In this document: positions 24,177-35,421 of the stretch, in pieces
Layout of the letters: each line of letters begins with the position of its first letter
How positions within the stretch are numbered: position 1 is the stretch's first letter
From: Sphagnum compactum
Lineage: Eukaryota
DNA length: 64,000 bases
Direction: 5' to 3'
Assembly: GCA_965153455.1 (NCBI GenBank)
Contig: OZ234493.1
Span: forward strand, 28,200,213 to 28,264,212
Notes under the pieces: generated by a model
The model's database searches: none
What the model was told of the DNA's origin: nothing
Seen by the model: only the letters and a program-made list of their open reading frames with translations
Program-made: the position numbers and the translations under genes

Positions 24177-26151
24177 CTAGACAGTGAACGCAGATTGGAA
24201 AGTGTTAGCCATGTGTGATGCCACTGTTTGTGATGCAAACTGCTGAATTTGCTTCTTTGCATCTGCTCCAACACAAATAGGCCAGTGTCAAAGATTAATT
24301 TGAATGCTGCCATGTAAAACCTACTCTAAACCCTGCCCTGCTTTTGTGAGAAAGGTAACAAATTTGAAACAGCTCAATAACCAAATATCTCTAACCATGT
24401 AGTCAACAAACGAAAGGATTGGTAACCTATGTTGCTATACACCTCTATATAGAGTTATAAGAGTTATATTGAGTCAAGAGTAGGACTGCAGGCAACAAGT
24501 TTTGCATACCTTTACGGCACTTAGTGAAGCCAATGATATTGGCTGTGCTGAGAACAAGAGCAACTCCAACCACCAGAAGATAGTCCAGATTAAATTTGAT
24601 AACAGCAACAATACCCAGCGCTACCCATGCCACAGGCTGCCACAAATGTTCCTGTTAGCCTAGCCAGTAAATCTTATTCACTGGCAGCCCTTGAGGACAC
24701 AGTTTGAGGCCTACAGGAAGACAAGCAAGCTTGCCAATCAGAAAACTAGGAGCTTACAACTTATACACAGGATTGAATCTGAAGTGGATCCAATCTCAAC
24801 CACAAAAAGAGGTTTTGCATGAAGTTGTGGCTTACAGTGAGGTATAGTGACCACCAGAAAAGCCACGAATCCTTTTTGTTTAAGGTCTCCAAAGTCTGCA
24901 ATAGTGCCCAACCAGCTCAATTACGTTAGGCATTGAGATATCTGTAAACATATCTTGCACTACAGATACAAACTCACTTGAAAGGCATTGCCAAAACTCT
25001 TGAAGTAACTGCTAGTGACTTCTGGTGCTTTAGAATTAATTCACTTCAGTAATGGCCACAACAGCAGAAGCCCTGTCTACCTGTTACACAATTTCTTCAT
25101 CTGTCTTCGTGTCTTGAGTCTTGACAAACCTCTCTAGTAGGGACTAAACAAGCTCCACATACCCTGGTCCTGGTGCACACTACTGATATCAAAGGCATTA
25201 ACCCATCTTTCAGGAAATGACATCTAATACCATGAGTATTGGTCTTGAATGTGTCCAGGGAAAACATGGAATTCACGAAAGCAATCAAACTATATATCAC
25301 CTGCTGATCAAGAGACTCATAGTGCCACACACTCTCGCCTTGGTCATTCACTTCATTCCACCAACGCAGTCCAACCAATATCCGCCCACTTACATTCTTC
25401 ACTGTCCAAAAGTCAAGTGCAATGAGGAGCACTGTAACAACAAATTGGATGACAAAGCTCTGGACGAAGATCGAGCACAGAATGTAAAATGCGAGGGCGG
25501 AAAACTGCAAGCATCATCAGTAGCCAAATCAGAGTACATACTACATACCTTGAAAGCAATACAGACTAGTAGGGTCCAAAAAATCAAGTCATTGCTGTGA
25601 ATATCTCCAAACTAAACACACAAAGAAAATGGTGCCTTCCTTCAAATCTGAAATGCAGAAAGTTCAAGAAACCTAACCTTGAAGATGACAGTGAAAAAGC
25701 AAACCGCAGGATGTCCATACTGCTCTCCCTCTGCCTGCAAGGCATTACCACATCCCCCGTAGCATCAGAGAAGAGGGTCCACCAAGACCAGTACCAGAGA
25801 GGAAGAAATAGGGGATTGATGATACGATTCGGAGCAAGAGATGAAGACAATTGAGAAGCCCGTTCTGTCTGTCGGCAGACAAGAAATGCTCATTGTCTCT
25901 TCACCGTTCTAGGACCGCTTCCAGTTTGTTATGACAAGACAGATAACACTAATCGACGAGCTGCGAATCGCAGAACCCCACAGATATGATATCCAAGAGT
26001 TAACAAACCCTTACACAACATTCAAGGTTACTGAAAAGGCCAAAAAACCGCAGATCCTCATCCGGATCTATCTCCACATGCGAACCAAATCCTCAGGATC
26101 TACAAAGCACGCCCTACACCTCTATCCGTCGGCGAAAAAAGGACTCACCAT
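24177..26151 (-). CDS. ECH: Golgi apparatus membrane protein TVP23 / ECHIDNA-like, 178 aa
   Basis: GT-AG exons 26151-26149 (ATG), 25734-25678, 25504-25301, 24895-24836, 24636-24510, 24262-24177. Translation: M-AEGEQYGHPAVCFFTVIFK-FSALAFY...DFWTVKNVSGRILVGLRWWNE...ESLDQQ-TLETLNKKDSWLFWWSLY...ANIIGFTKCRK-DAKKQIQQFASQT...QSAFTV*, which is collinear with Arabidopsis ECHIDNA. Confidence 0.96.
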
Positions 26152-26345
26152 TTAGTATAAGGGTTGACGCTCCTCAACGCGAGACGAAGGACACAGATCC
26201 AAGCTCCTGCTACGTCAAGCGCACACAGTAGATCCGATTCCGTGCTCCAGCAGCACGGTGCTCTCGCACTTCATTCCCTACTCCTTTCCAACTCGCTGGT
26301 TGGTCCCAGGCGCCCCTTCCGTGCTCCAACGCACAGTCTCGTCGT

Positions 26346-26354
26346 TTAGGGTTT
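26346..26354 (-). promoter_or_regulatory. Telo-box (AAACCCTAA) upstream of the TVP23/ECH ATG
   Basis: TTAGGGTTT on the + strand, about 200 nt upstream of the start codon in the GC-rich 5' region. Function is inferred only. Confidence 0.35.
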
Positions 26355-27246
26355 GGGAACACTCTGTTGGGAACTTGCTCTGTGAAGGCGGAAAAAAGAG
26401 CCTGAAATGTGATCATTGTGAAAATCCAATGTGATTTTGATCTATTGCCATATATAGTACCTTGGACAACTTCAACAGTAATTATATTACTTTCAGAAAT
26501 GTTGAATTTTTTTAATTCTATTTTTTTTCTCCAAAAACCAAATTTTTTGTGAAGGAAAATATTGGATCCTCAAGAATATTTTATTTGTTGAAATGAAAAT
26601 TTCAACATTAATTATTAATTATTTGACAAACATGTTTCAAACTTATCAAAGTACTTTTACTACTACTATATCTATAACTAGTTGTCAAATTTTCAAATTT
26701 TTTTATTTTATTTTTATTTTTATTTTTTTGGGTCATGGCCCTTATAGATTAGTCCATCACAAAAGTTTGTTTCCTAACCTATAACACACCCCATATTAAA
26801 AGCTATCTTAAGAAAAAAAAATTTAAATCGGACCACTTCTAAAGGTTGTTCAAATAGTTTCACCTTCACATTTGGCTCATCGATAGAGGCGTAGGTTTAG
26901 GGTTTGAAACAATTTCCTAAGTGTATTTGGAAAGCACATTATATTCATGAATATCCCTCCTAAAAAAAGGATGGGAAGGAAATTATGCCTATTTATAGGT
27001 GTTAAAACAACCTTCACATCTATTACTAACCTTGTTAGGGTAAACAACCCTAAACATCATGACCTAAAGCTTACCAGTATACCTATAATTATTCATTGCA
27101 ACATGATGTTCATTCCCTAGTCAAGATGATAGCTAATGTGTTTGGAATCAATGTTTAATGTTAGTTATGTTTTCATGTTCTAGGAAGTCTCACACTTCAA
27201 AGTCTCTCTCGTTCTTATTTGATGTTTCATGTTTCCATGTTTTAGG

Positions 27247-27402
27247 AAGCTCTTGTGCTTGAAGCTCTTTTCCATTTCTCTCTAATGCTATGTGTTTTCA
27301 CACAACTTGTAAAGCTCTTGTGCTTGAAACTCTTTTCCATTTCTCTCTAATGCTATGTGTTTTCACACAACTTATAAAGCTCTTGTGCTTGAAGCTCTTT
27401 TT
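27247..27402. repeat. ~65-bp tandem repeat, 2.4 copies
   Basis: Unit aagctcttgtgcttgaagctctttttccatttctctctaatgctatgtgttttcacacaacttgta is repeated almost perfectly. Confidence 0.9.
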
Positions 27403-29944
27403 CACTTGTCTTTGACAATTTGTGTTTTCGCAATTTACAAAATTCTTGTGTGCAAAGTTCGAAACAAATTCATAATCAATTTCTATTTCTTGTTTCTTTA
27501 GTAATTTTAATCTATTTGCCTTGTACAAATGTAATAAGTCATTTACATTTGTTTTGTAAGTTCAAAAGCTTGAATTTGAACATCAATTTGAAATAATGGG
27601 AGCATTGAACTTCATCAAGCAATTTGAGGAGAGGTTTAAGTTCAACTACGTTGCCCCAAATAGATCTATGACATGATTTTAATTCAGCTTTTTTTTTGTT
27701 GTGCCATTGGAGGGGAAAGAATGGTGATGGTAATAGGGACGTGGTAGTGCAACATGGAAGGGAAGAAGGGTTGCATTGCATTGACTTATAACACCTTTTT
27801 AGGACCTTTTACATGTAACACGAATGGTGTTACCCTGTAAATCTACAAATTTGTTAAAAAAATTTGTTAGCAAACATTGGCCTTAACATTGCACTAACAT
27901 CATGTGCTAACAAGGTGTCCATGTTAGATTTTGTGTTATTAACATTTCACTACATCACAAGTGATCTTTGTGATTATAACACTTCACAGTAATGTCATGG
28001 ATCTAGTAAGGTAGTTGTACATGTCCTTTGTACTTTGTTAATCATTTTTTTTCAATCATTTTTTAATAAATATATTTCTTAATATATCTAACATAAAGGG
28101 TCTCCTAGTAATTTTATTAATTACTAATGTTGGGTGTGAACTTACCATTTTCTAGTTACTAAAAGATGAAGCCACTAGGTTAGTCAACCCTTGAGGATAA
28201 GGTGGTTGGCAAATGGTTTGCCACTATCTAATAACTTGTGCATGAGATTTGGATGAGGTTCCTATTTTGTATGAGAGGATTATGTATTTTTGTGCCTTAT
28301 GGATGGTGAGGAACCTTGTTGGTTTCTTATTTTTTCTTGTGGTTTTCTTGAAATCTAAAATGAGTAAAAAGAATAGATGTATTTTGTATTTGGAATACAA
28401 GCCAATAGTGTTCCACAGAAAGTTGTTGCATTGGGTATATATAATTTAAATTTGCTTGTGTTTCCTTATTTGTAAATAAATGTAATTAATATTCTTTGAT
28501 GTGGACAATTGTAGTCCTTTGTTTTTTTTTCTTTGCAATGGTCATTGGATGATAGTTGCAATATCTAATTTATAAATTGAATGCATTTTTATTGAATGAA
28601 AAACAACTATAGTGGAGGGCAAGGGCTCTAAATGGTGAAAGCAATTTGTCTTTTCTAAAACAACCTATAACTAAATTGAAGATTTAGCAACCTATTTGCC
28701 ACAACACTAATCTAGATGTTTATTTTGATTCCAATGTTCACCTTTGTTTTATATAAGACTACCTAATGAAATGTAATCCCATAGTAAGGTTTTTTCCCAC
28801 ATTTTTAATACCTAATAACCCCATCATGCATTACCATGTCGACACCAATGTTAGGTCCAGTTATTTGGATAATTCAAATACTAGACCTAGATGTCATCTC
28901 AAATATCATCTTTAAAACTTTTCGAATATAAAAAAAATGCAATATCTTGAATGATATCCTAACCCTTATAAATATGAGATCTAATCAATTAATATCCAAA
29001 CTGGAATTTAAAAAGTTAAAATTTGGGCAACAAATCAAATTCTTGTTTGGATTTGGACATCACAATTCACAAAAAGGTAGGAGCTACGACAATCATTTTT
29101 AAAACAAAAACATGAAAATAGGTTTTTGGAAGGTTAGGGCTTCAATTCAAAGGGGAAAAATTGGTAGACAATGTTTTCAAGGCAACCACCACCTCCAAAC
29201 CTAAAATCAAGGATTTATAAAAAGGCTAAAGTTCCAAATTTGGCCCCACTTTGTTTATTGCATTTTTCAATTTTCCTTTTATTCTTATTCTTCTTTCTTT
29301 TCCCTTTTCTTCTTTTTTTCCTTTTCTCAAATTTCTTGGAAAAAAATTAAGCAAATTTTGAAATAGTTGCATTTTCAAAGAAAAAAGTGGTAGCCACATA
29401 TAGAAATGTTCTATGTTGGTATATTGTGTTAATGATAATGCAAAAGTCTCATTTGAAGCCTTTCAAATCATGCGTTGTATATTATGTTAATTCTAAATTC
29501 AGTCTTTTTTTAAATCCAAGAAAATAAGTAAGGAAAGGTTTAATATCATATTATAAGACTAGTTGAATGACATGTATGAGAAAACATGTTCATGGTCAAC
29601 CCCCTAGTGAATAAGGACTAGTTGTTATGGATAGTGAATTGGTTCACTAGTATTTATTGAAACAAAGTTATTCTCAAGTGAAATACAATTTTACAAAGTC
29701 ATTCACTTGTTACTTAATTAACTAGACAACAGGAAAATCAATTAAATTTAAATTATTTAATATATAATATTATTGATAATTCCATGAATTTCAGCCTATG
29801 AATTATTGACACTTGTCACTACCTAGGCTAGGTTAAAAACCTAACCTAAGTAGGTAGACCATGTAATCAACTTAAGCACCTACTCTAAGGAACTAGATAG
29901 TGGAATATTCAATCAACTTACCATTATTGACCACACACACTACT

Positions 29945-30008
29945 TATGAGGTTTGATCCCTTGACCTTTAGAATGGAGGTAAACACCCCTACCATCAAAC
30001 CAACCCAC
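29945..30008 (-). mobile_element. tRNA-like Pol III promoter relic (possible SINE head)
   Basis: The minus strand reads GGGTTGGTTTGATGGTAGGGG...GGTCAAGGGATCAAACCTC, with an A-box-like TGGTTTGATGG and a B-box-like GGATCAAACC at tRNA-like spacing. There is no intact cloverleaf. Confidence 0.35.
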
Positions 30009-30639
30009 TTGTTGTGATAATATGTTACATTGCATTTTATTTATCAAACCATTCATTTTAAACATTACAAAAACATAAACTTTGAAAATTCATATTTTAT
30101 TGAAATTTTGTCCAAATGAAATGATTCAAGATTTTTATAAAAATATTCAATAATATACATAATTACATTTATTTCCTTTTGAAAGTGTAAAATCATTTGA
30201 ACAAAAAAAAATTGAATATCACTATTCAATAATATTTCGATGATCATTCTTTTGAAAAAAAATGTTTAATGAATGGATAATTTTTTTGATATAATAATAC
30301 TACCTATGCTAAGTTATTTTCAATTATGTGAAACTATTGTTAGTGAAGGCTATTTCATCTTATGATATTATTGGCAATTTTAAACTATTTCATTTTAAGT
30401 TATTTTCGACTATGTGAGGTTATTGTTGGTTACTTTTGATTATCAAAGGCTATTTCACCTTAGTTATTATTGACAATTTTATGCTATTGTAGGCTATTTC
30501 ACCTTATGTTATTTTTGTCTATTGTAGATTATTTCATTTTAGATTATTTTTGGCAATTCTAAACAATTCTAATATATGGCTATTGGTGGTTATTTTGTTG
30601 ATGGCTTTTAGTTGTTTTTTTATTAGGGTTATTGGTGGT

Positions 30640-31622
30640 TAAATTACCATAAGCTATTGGTGGTTATTGATGGTTATTTTATTAGTGGCTATTAATGGTT
30701 ATTTTATTAATAGCTCTTGGTGGCTATTCTATTAGTGGTTATTAGTGGCTATTTTATTAATGGTTATTGGCAGTTATTTTATTGGTGGCTATTAGTGGCT
30801 ATTAGTGGTTATTCTATTGGTGGTTATTCTATTGGTGGTTATTAGTGGCTAATCTATTGGTGGCTATTAGTGGCTATTCTATTAGTGGTTATTAGTGGCT
30901 ATTCTATTGGTGGCTATTAGTGGTTATTCTATTGGTGGCTATTAGTGGCTATTAGTGGCTATTTTATTGGTGGCTATTAGTGGCTATTCTATTGGTGGGT
31001 ATTAGTGGTTATTCTATTGGTGGATATTAGTGGATATTTTATTGGTGGCTATTAGTGGCTATTCTATTGGTGGCTATTAGTGGTTATTCTATTGGTGGCT
31101 ATTAGTGGCTATTCTATTGGTGACTATTAATGGCTATTAGTGGCTATTCTATTGGTGGCTATTAGTGGTTTTGTTATTGGTGGCTATTAGTGACTATTCT
31201 ATTGGTGGCTATTAGTGACTATTCTCTTAGTGGCTATTAGTGGCTATTAATGGCTATTCTATTGGTGGCCATTAGTGGTTATTTTATTGGCGGCTATTAA
31301 TGGCTATTCTATTGGCGGCTATTAGTGGCTATTAATGGTTATTCTATTGGTGGCTATTAGTGGCTATTTTATTGGCGGCTATTAATGGCTATTTTATTGG
31401 CAACTATTAGTGGCTATTAATGGTTATTATATTGATGGCTATTAGTGGATATTCTGTTGGCGATTATTAGTGGTTATTATATTGGTGGCTATTAGTGGTT
31501 ATTTTATTGGTGATTATTTTATTGGTGGCTATTAATGGTTATTTCATTAATGGATATTAGTGATTATTATATTGGTGACTATTAGTGGTTATTAATGGCT
31601 ATTGATGGTTATTGATGGTTAT
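30640..31622. repeat. ~1-kb minisatellite built from 10-bp (AGTGGCTATT) and 15-bp (CTATTGGTGGCTATT) subunits
   Basis: Dozens of copies of ggtggctattagtggctattctatt with variants. Degenerate related units extend leftwards to about 30300. Confidence 0.97.
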
Positions 31623-32269
31623 TTTAAGTTCTTTTACCTTAGGTCATTATATTATATTTTAAATTATTTTAAATTATTATATTTAAGATTAAATAACTTA
31701 TAATAACATATGTTAATTTAAAATAAAATAATTTAAGGTATAGCCTAAGGTTAATTGAATAATTTAATTAAAAATAACTTTAAAACCTATAATAAGCTAG
31801 CTAGGATACCTTAAAATAGAATAACATATAATATTTTAGGGTATAATCATTTATAAGCCTATGATAGTTTATAATAGTGTAGGGCATAAGTTAAAATAAC
31901 TAAAGTAGCCCTTAAATAATATAGGGTATATCATAAAGTAGCATACATAGGATATTTAAAACAACATAAAAATAAACCTATTTACTACAAATAATTATAA
32001 TAATGAATTATGTCAACTAGTAGTAGAACATGATGTTTACATAATGATATTATGGTGAAATCACTTTAACCAGGATGAAATCATTAAAATGTAACGAACT
32101 TATTTCACTTTTAAAATCCCATAGTGATTTAGGCTAGTAAACTACACCTCGTTTTTGTAATAATGAAATGAGAAAGATTTGTGGAAAATAGTTGAAACTA
32201 GTGAAATTGCCCCTCTTCTATTCCTAAAGTCATCAAGGCTTGCAAGAAAAAAAACAAAACAACATTTCA

Positions 32270-32660
32270 ATCATGGCTTCACATCTCGTACATGTTCAAC
32301 TCTCTTGCATGCATTCATACAAGACACCAATAGAAGCATGACAAAGTTTGTGTGATATTCTTGAAACTAAAAGGTTTGGTAGACATTCTTTTCTTTAGGG
32401 ACAAGTCTTTCACCATGAAGATGCAGGAGTTGAATGACTTGCTTACACCCATCAACCATGTGAAGGCACTCACAAATTATCTCTCAAGCTTGAAAGTACC
32501 AATCATGGATGATATATCATGATGACATTGCTTGAGAGTTGGCCCTCTTCTTTTGCATACTTAATTATGGCATTGGAGATTAAAGCCATGAAGGACTTGA
32601 CAAGGAAAAGTTTGTCACATCAAGGTTATTACACAAAGTGTTGCGAGGAATGAAGCACAA
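32270..32660 (+). mobile_element. Ty1/Copia gag relic (UBN2-like region)
   Basis: Frameshifted translation KTPIEA*QSLCDILETK / LVDILFFRDKSFTMKMQELNDLLTPINHVKAL...MTLLESWPSSFAYLIMALE matches the Copia gag pattern (LFLRRKFFT.KM.E...HIN..K.L / TLL.SLP.SY..L..ALE). Confidence 0.8.
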
Positions 32661-33031
32661 CATAACACCCGTAAAAACCATAAACATCCCAACTAGTTAA
32701 CTAAATAATTGTCCTAATGCATCAGTTTCATGTAAGCATTTGAAAGTCATCTTGACAAAAAAATTCACTAAAATGCACCAAATTCATTTAAATCTAGTAA
32801 TACAACACAAACATGAACACTTTGAAGTTGTGATGTTTCAAGAGATGTGAGATATGTATACTAAAAAGTTAGTCAAATGGCAACAATTTGGAATTCTAAA
32901 CTTCAACTCTAGATGTTCAAAAAGAATTCAACAACTTCACTAACATGAGGCTTTATGAATAGTTTTATGTATACTTTGGGACAACTATATCGTCGAGTTT
33001 TGAGGTGTGCCACGTGCAGCATTTGCTATGA

Positions 33032-33054
33032 GGGGGGGGGGGGGGGGGGGGGGG
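33032..33054. repeat. Poly-G run (23 G)
   Basis: Homopolymer seen directly. Confidence 0.95.
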
Positions 33055-34221
33055 TCACAAGCACATGAGTATGCACCAATGTTGGGCGGGTATCATAATT
33101 TTATGGTACCCTCTGGGTCTAGTTTTCACAAAGTAATTTACAAAAGGGTCTGATTCTCCCTCCCGCCCATTTTAAAAATTTCTACGTTGGGCAAAGGTAT
33201 CAACATTTAAAAAAAAATTAAACTAGTTCTCAAAATGTCGGTTCTCATAAATTTGAGAATATCTGATTATCCTTTGGTGTCTTTCACAAACCAAATATTA
33301 ATTTTTAAAAATTAAAAATAAGATTAAATAATTATTGATTTTATTTTATTTTTTAATGATAGCTTTGGATTTTTTCAAAAAAATCAGAATTGAAGGACTT
33401 TTGGTTCAAGGTTTTTGAAAGATTTCTAAAAGAAATTCCAATTTTGGGTTTTTGAAAATTTTCAAAAAATCTGACTGGTTTTATGGAAAAACTGGTAAAA
33501 GAACCAAAGTTTTGGGGGTCAGGTTCTTTGACCAATTCTTTGGGTTTTTTGAGATCTATACTTATGAGTGAAAATTGGTCCTTTGATTTTTTGAAAATTG
33601 CTGGTCATGGGTCCATAATACCCCGGATCTTACTTGCCAATTTTTTCTTCAAAAAGGAGAGAAGATAGAACAAATGTTTTGTTTTGGCAAATGTTTCTTT
33701 TTCCCAAAATGGTAAAAATTTAGGGTTTTAAAGGTTTTCACTCATCAAATTTTATAAAAAAAATTAAGAATTTAAGAATTTGTCAAATTTTATCCTAAGT
33801 TTTAGTACATAACCAAAAATATAATTCAAATTTTTTCAGTTTTTTTTATTACCATATTTGGCTAAATAATCACTTCAGCTACATCACAAAATTGAAAAGA
33901 AAAACACTCACTAAATTAGAAGTTGAAAAAAAAGCCCAATAATAATGTTAAACTCTCCAAACATCATTACCATCTGACCTGACCTACCATTAATAAGTAA
34001 ATACGTATCATCAAATACTAGCCCTCCTTTGGATCTCCCATCCCCCAAGGCAAATTTAGATCTAATAGGCAAATTATAATGTGGGTGTGGTGATGATGAA
34101 GGTGTCCTTCCTTTAGCCCTAATTAAATTAGGCTGACTCGACACTTATACCTCCAAAGTTCAAACCCATCGTCCATGAATGATCAACAAGATCTAGTAAG
34201 TAAAACGTCGTTCCATTTTGC

Positions 34222-34329
34222 ATAGAAACATAACTAAGTTTGCTGTTTATATAATTTCTTTCTCATTGCTTGTACTAGAAACATAATTAAGTTTGATGCT
34301 TATATAATTTCATTCTCATTACTTGTACT
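34222..34329. repeat. ~54-bp direct tandem duplication
   Basis: tagaaacataactaagtttgctgtttatataatttctttctcattgcttgtac is followed by a near-identical copy. Confidence 0.85.
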
Positions 34330-35421
34330 AATGGCAGCTAAACCTTGAGACCCTGACCCCCCGGGTAAGGGGTCAGACCTTACCTTGTTCTCAGAAGTAC
34401 CGAGTGGCTTGAACTTGCAAGGTACTGTGGTTTGTTCCTCTATTTTTTACTTTCAGATTTGTTGGGTTTATTTTCTTGTATTGAGAACTTGATCTCTGGA
34501 TGTGGAATACACAAATGTCACATTGTGGAATCAACAGAAAGATCAGGTTGGGTGCCTTGATGCTTTGCACTGAATCTCCCACAAGTGTTGATGAGATATG
34601 CTTTCAAAGTTAGCCTAACCTCATTTTGTGCCTGGTGTTTCTAGTGTGTTAGTAGGGTACCCAGTTTATCAGGTAAGCTGTGCAAGCAGAAGGAAAAGAA
34701 ATGATGAGTACAGAGAGAGTGATAGATGGGCTTACTTTTGCCACTCTTATGTTGCAATTCCTGTTAAAAACTCAAGATTGAACTACTAAATCATTTGCAT
34801 AGCTGCTATATTCGGGTCTAAGCACATGCTGCTGGAAGTAGGAAGTGGAGAGGCTGTGGTAGGGAAAAAATTAATGCTTTGTGCACAAAGCCATACCTTG
34901 CTTGTTGATGGTGGTGGCTGCTCTTTTTCCTCTGTGGCACCAATGGGGAGACAGCATGCAGATTAGTCAGTATCTTAAGTTCTAAGTGGAATGGGCTTCA
35001 ACACCACCATACGGGACCCCCGAGAGTTGACAAGATCCGACTGATTATGGCACCATTGGTAGTGGAAGAGCAAACATCAGAAGACTCACACAGCCCACCT
35101 CCCAACTTACTTGTGAGAAGTATTGTATGTCAGGTTCTCATGCCCAGATGGGCAGATGGCAATAGACAAAAACAGTGATGAATCAGCAGTTGACATCAAC
35201 AGATCTCCATGCATGATTGGAGACTTGAGGATTTATCCTCATATGTGTGGTGAGCTGCCTAGCAATCTTTACATTCAAATTGATCGTTTCCTTTTGTAAT
35301 GAACAGCAAGCAAACATGCTGGATTCTAAATGTGGAATATGAACTAACAATGCCTGTTCTGCCTCCATTGTCAGAAACGTACCTGGTTGATTACGCACAG
35401 AAGATGAACTCGAGACTGAGC

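Noticed and set aside
29945..30008. Intact tRNA gene
   Set aside because: A/B-box-like motifs are present, but the acceptor and anticodon stems do not pair. Kept only as a possible SINE head.
30640..31622. Repeat array as a possible CRISPR or telomeric array
   Set aside because: The units are contiguous with no unique spacers, there are no cas genes, the context is eukaryotic, and the unit is not TTTAGGG-like.
34352..34385. Overlapping small hairpins (ctgacccc/ggggtcag; ggtaagg/ccttacc) as a Helitron 3' end or terminator
   Set aside because: No CTRR terminus at the expected distance, and 7-8-bp stems can occur by chance.
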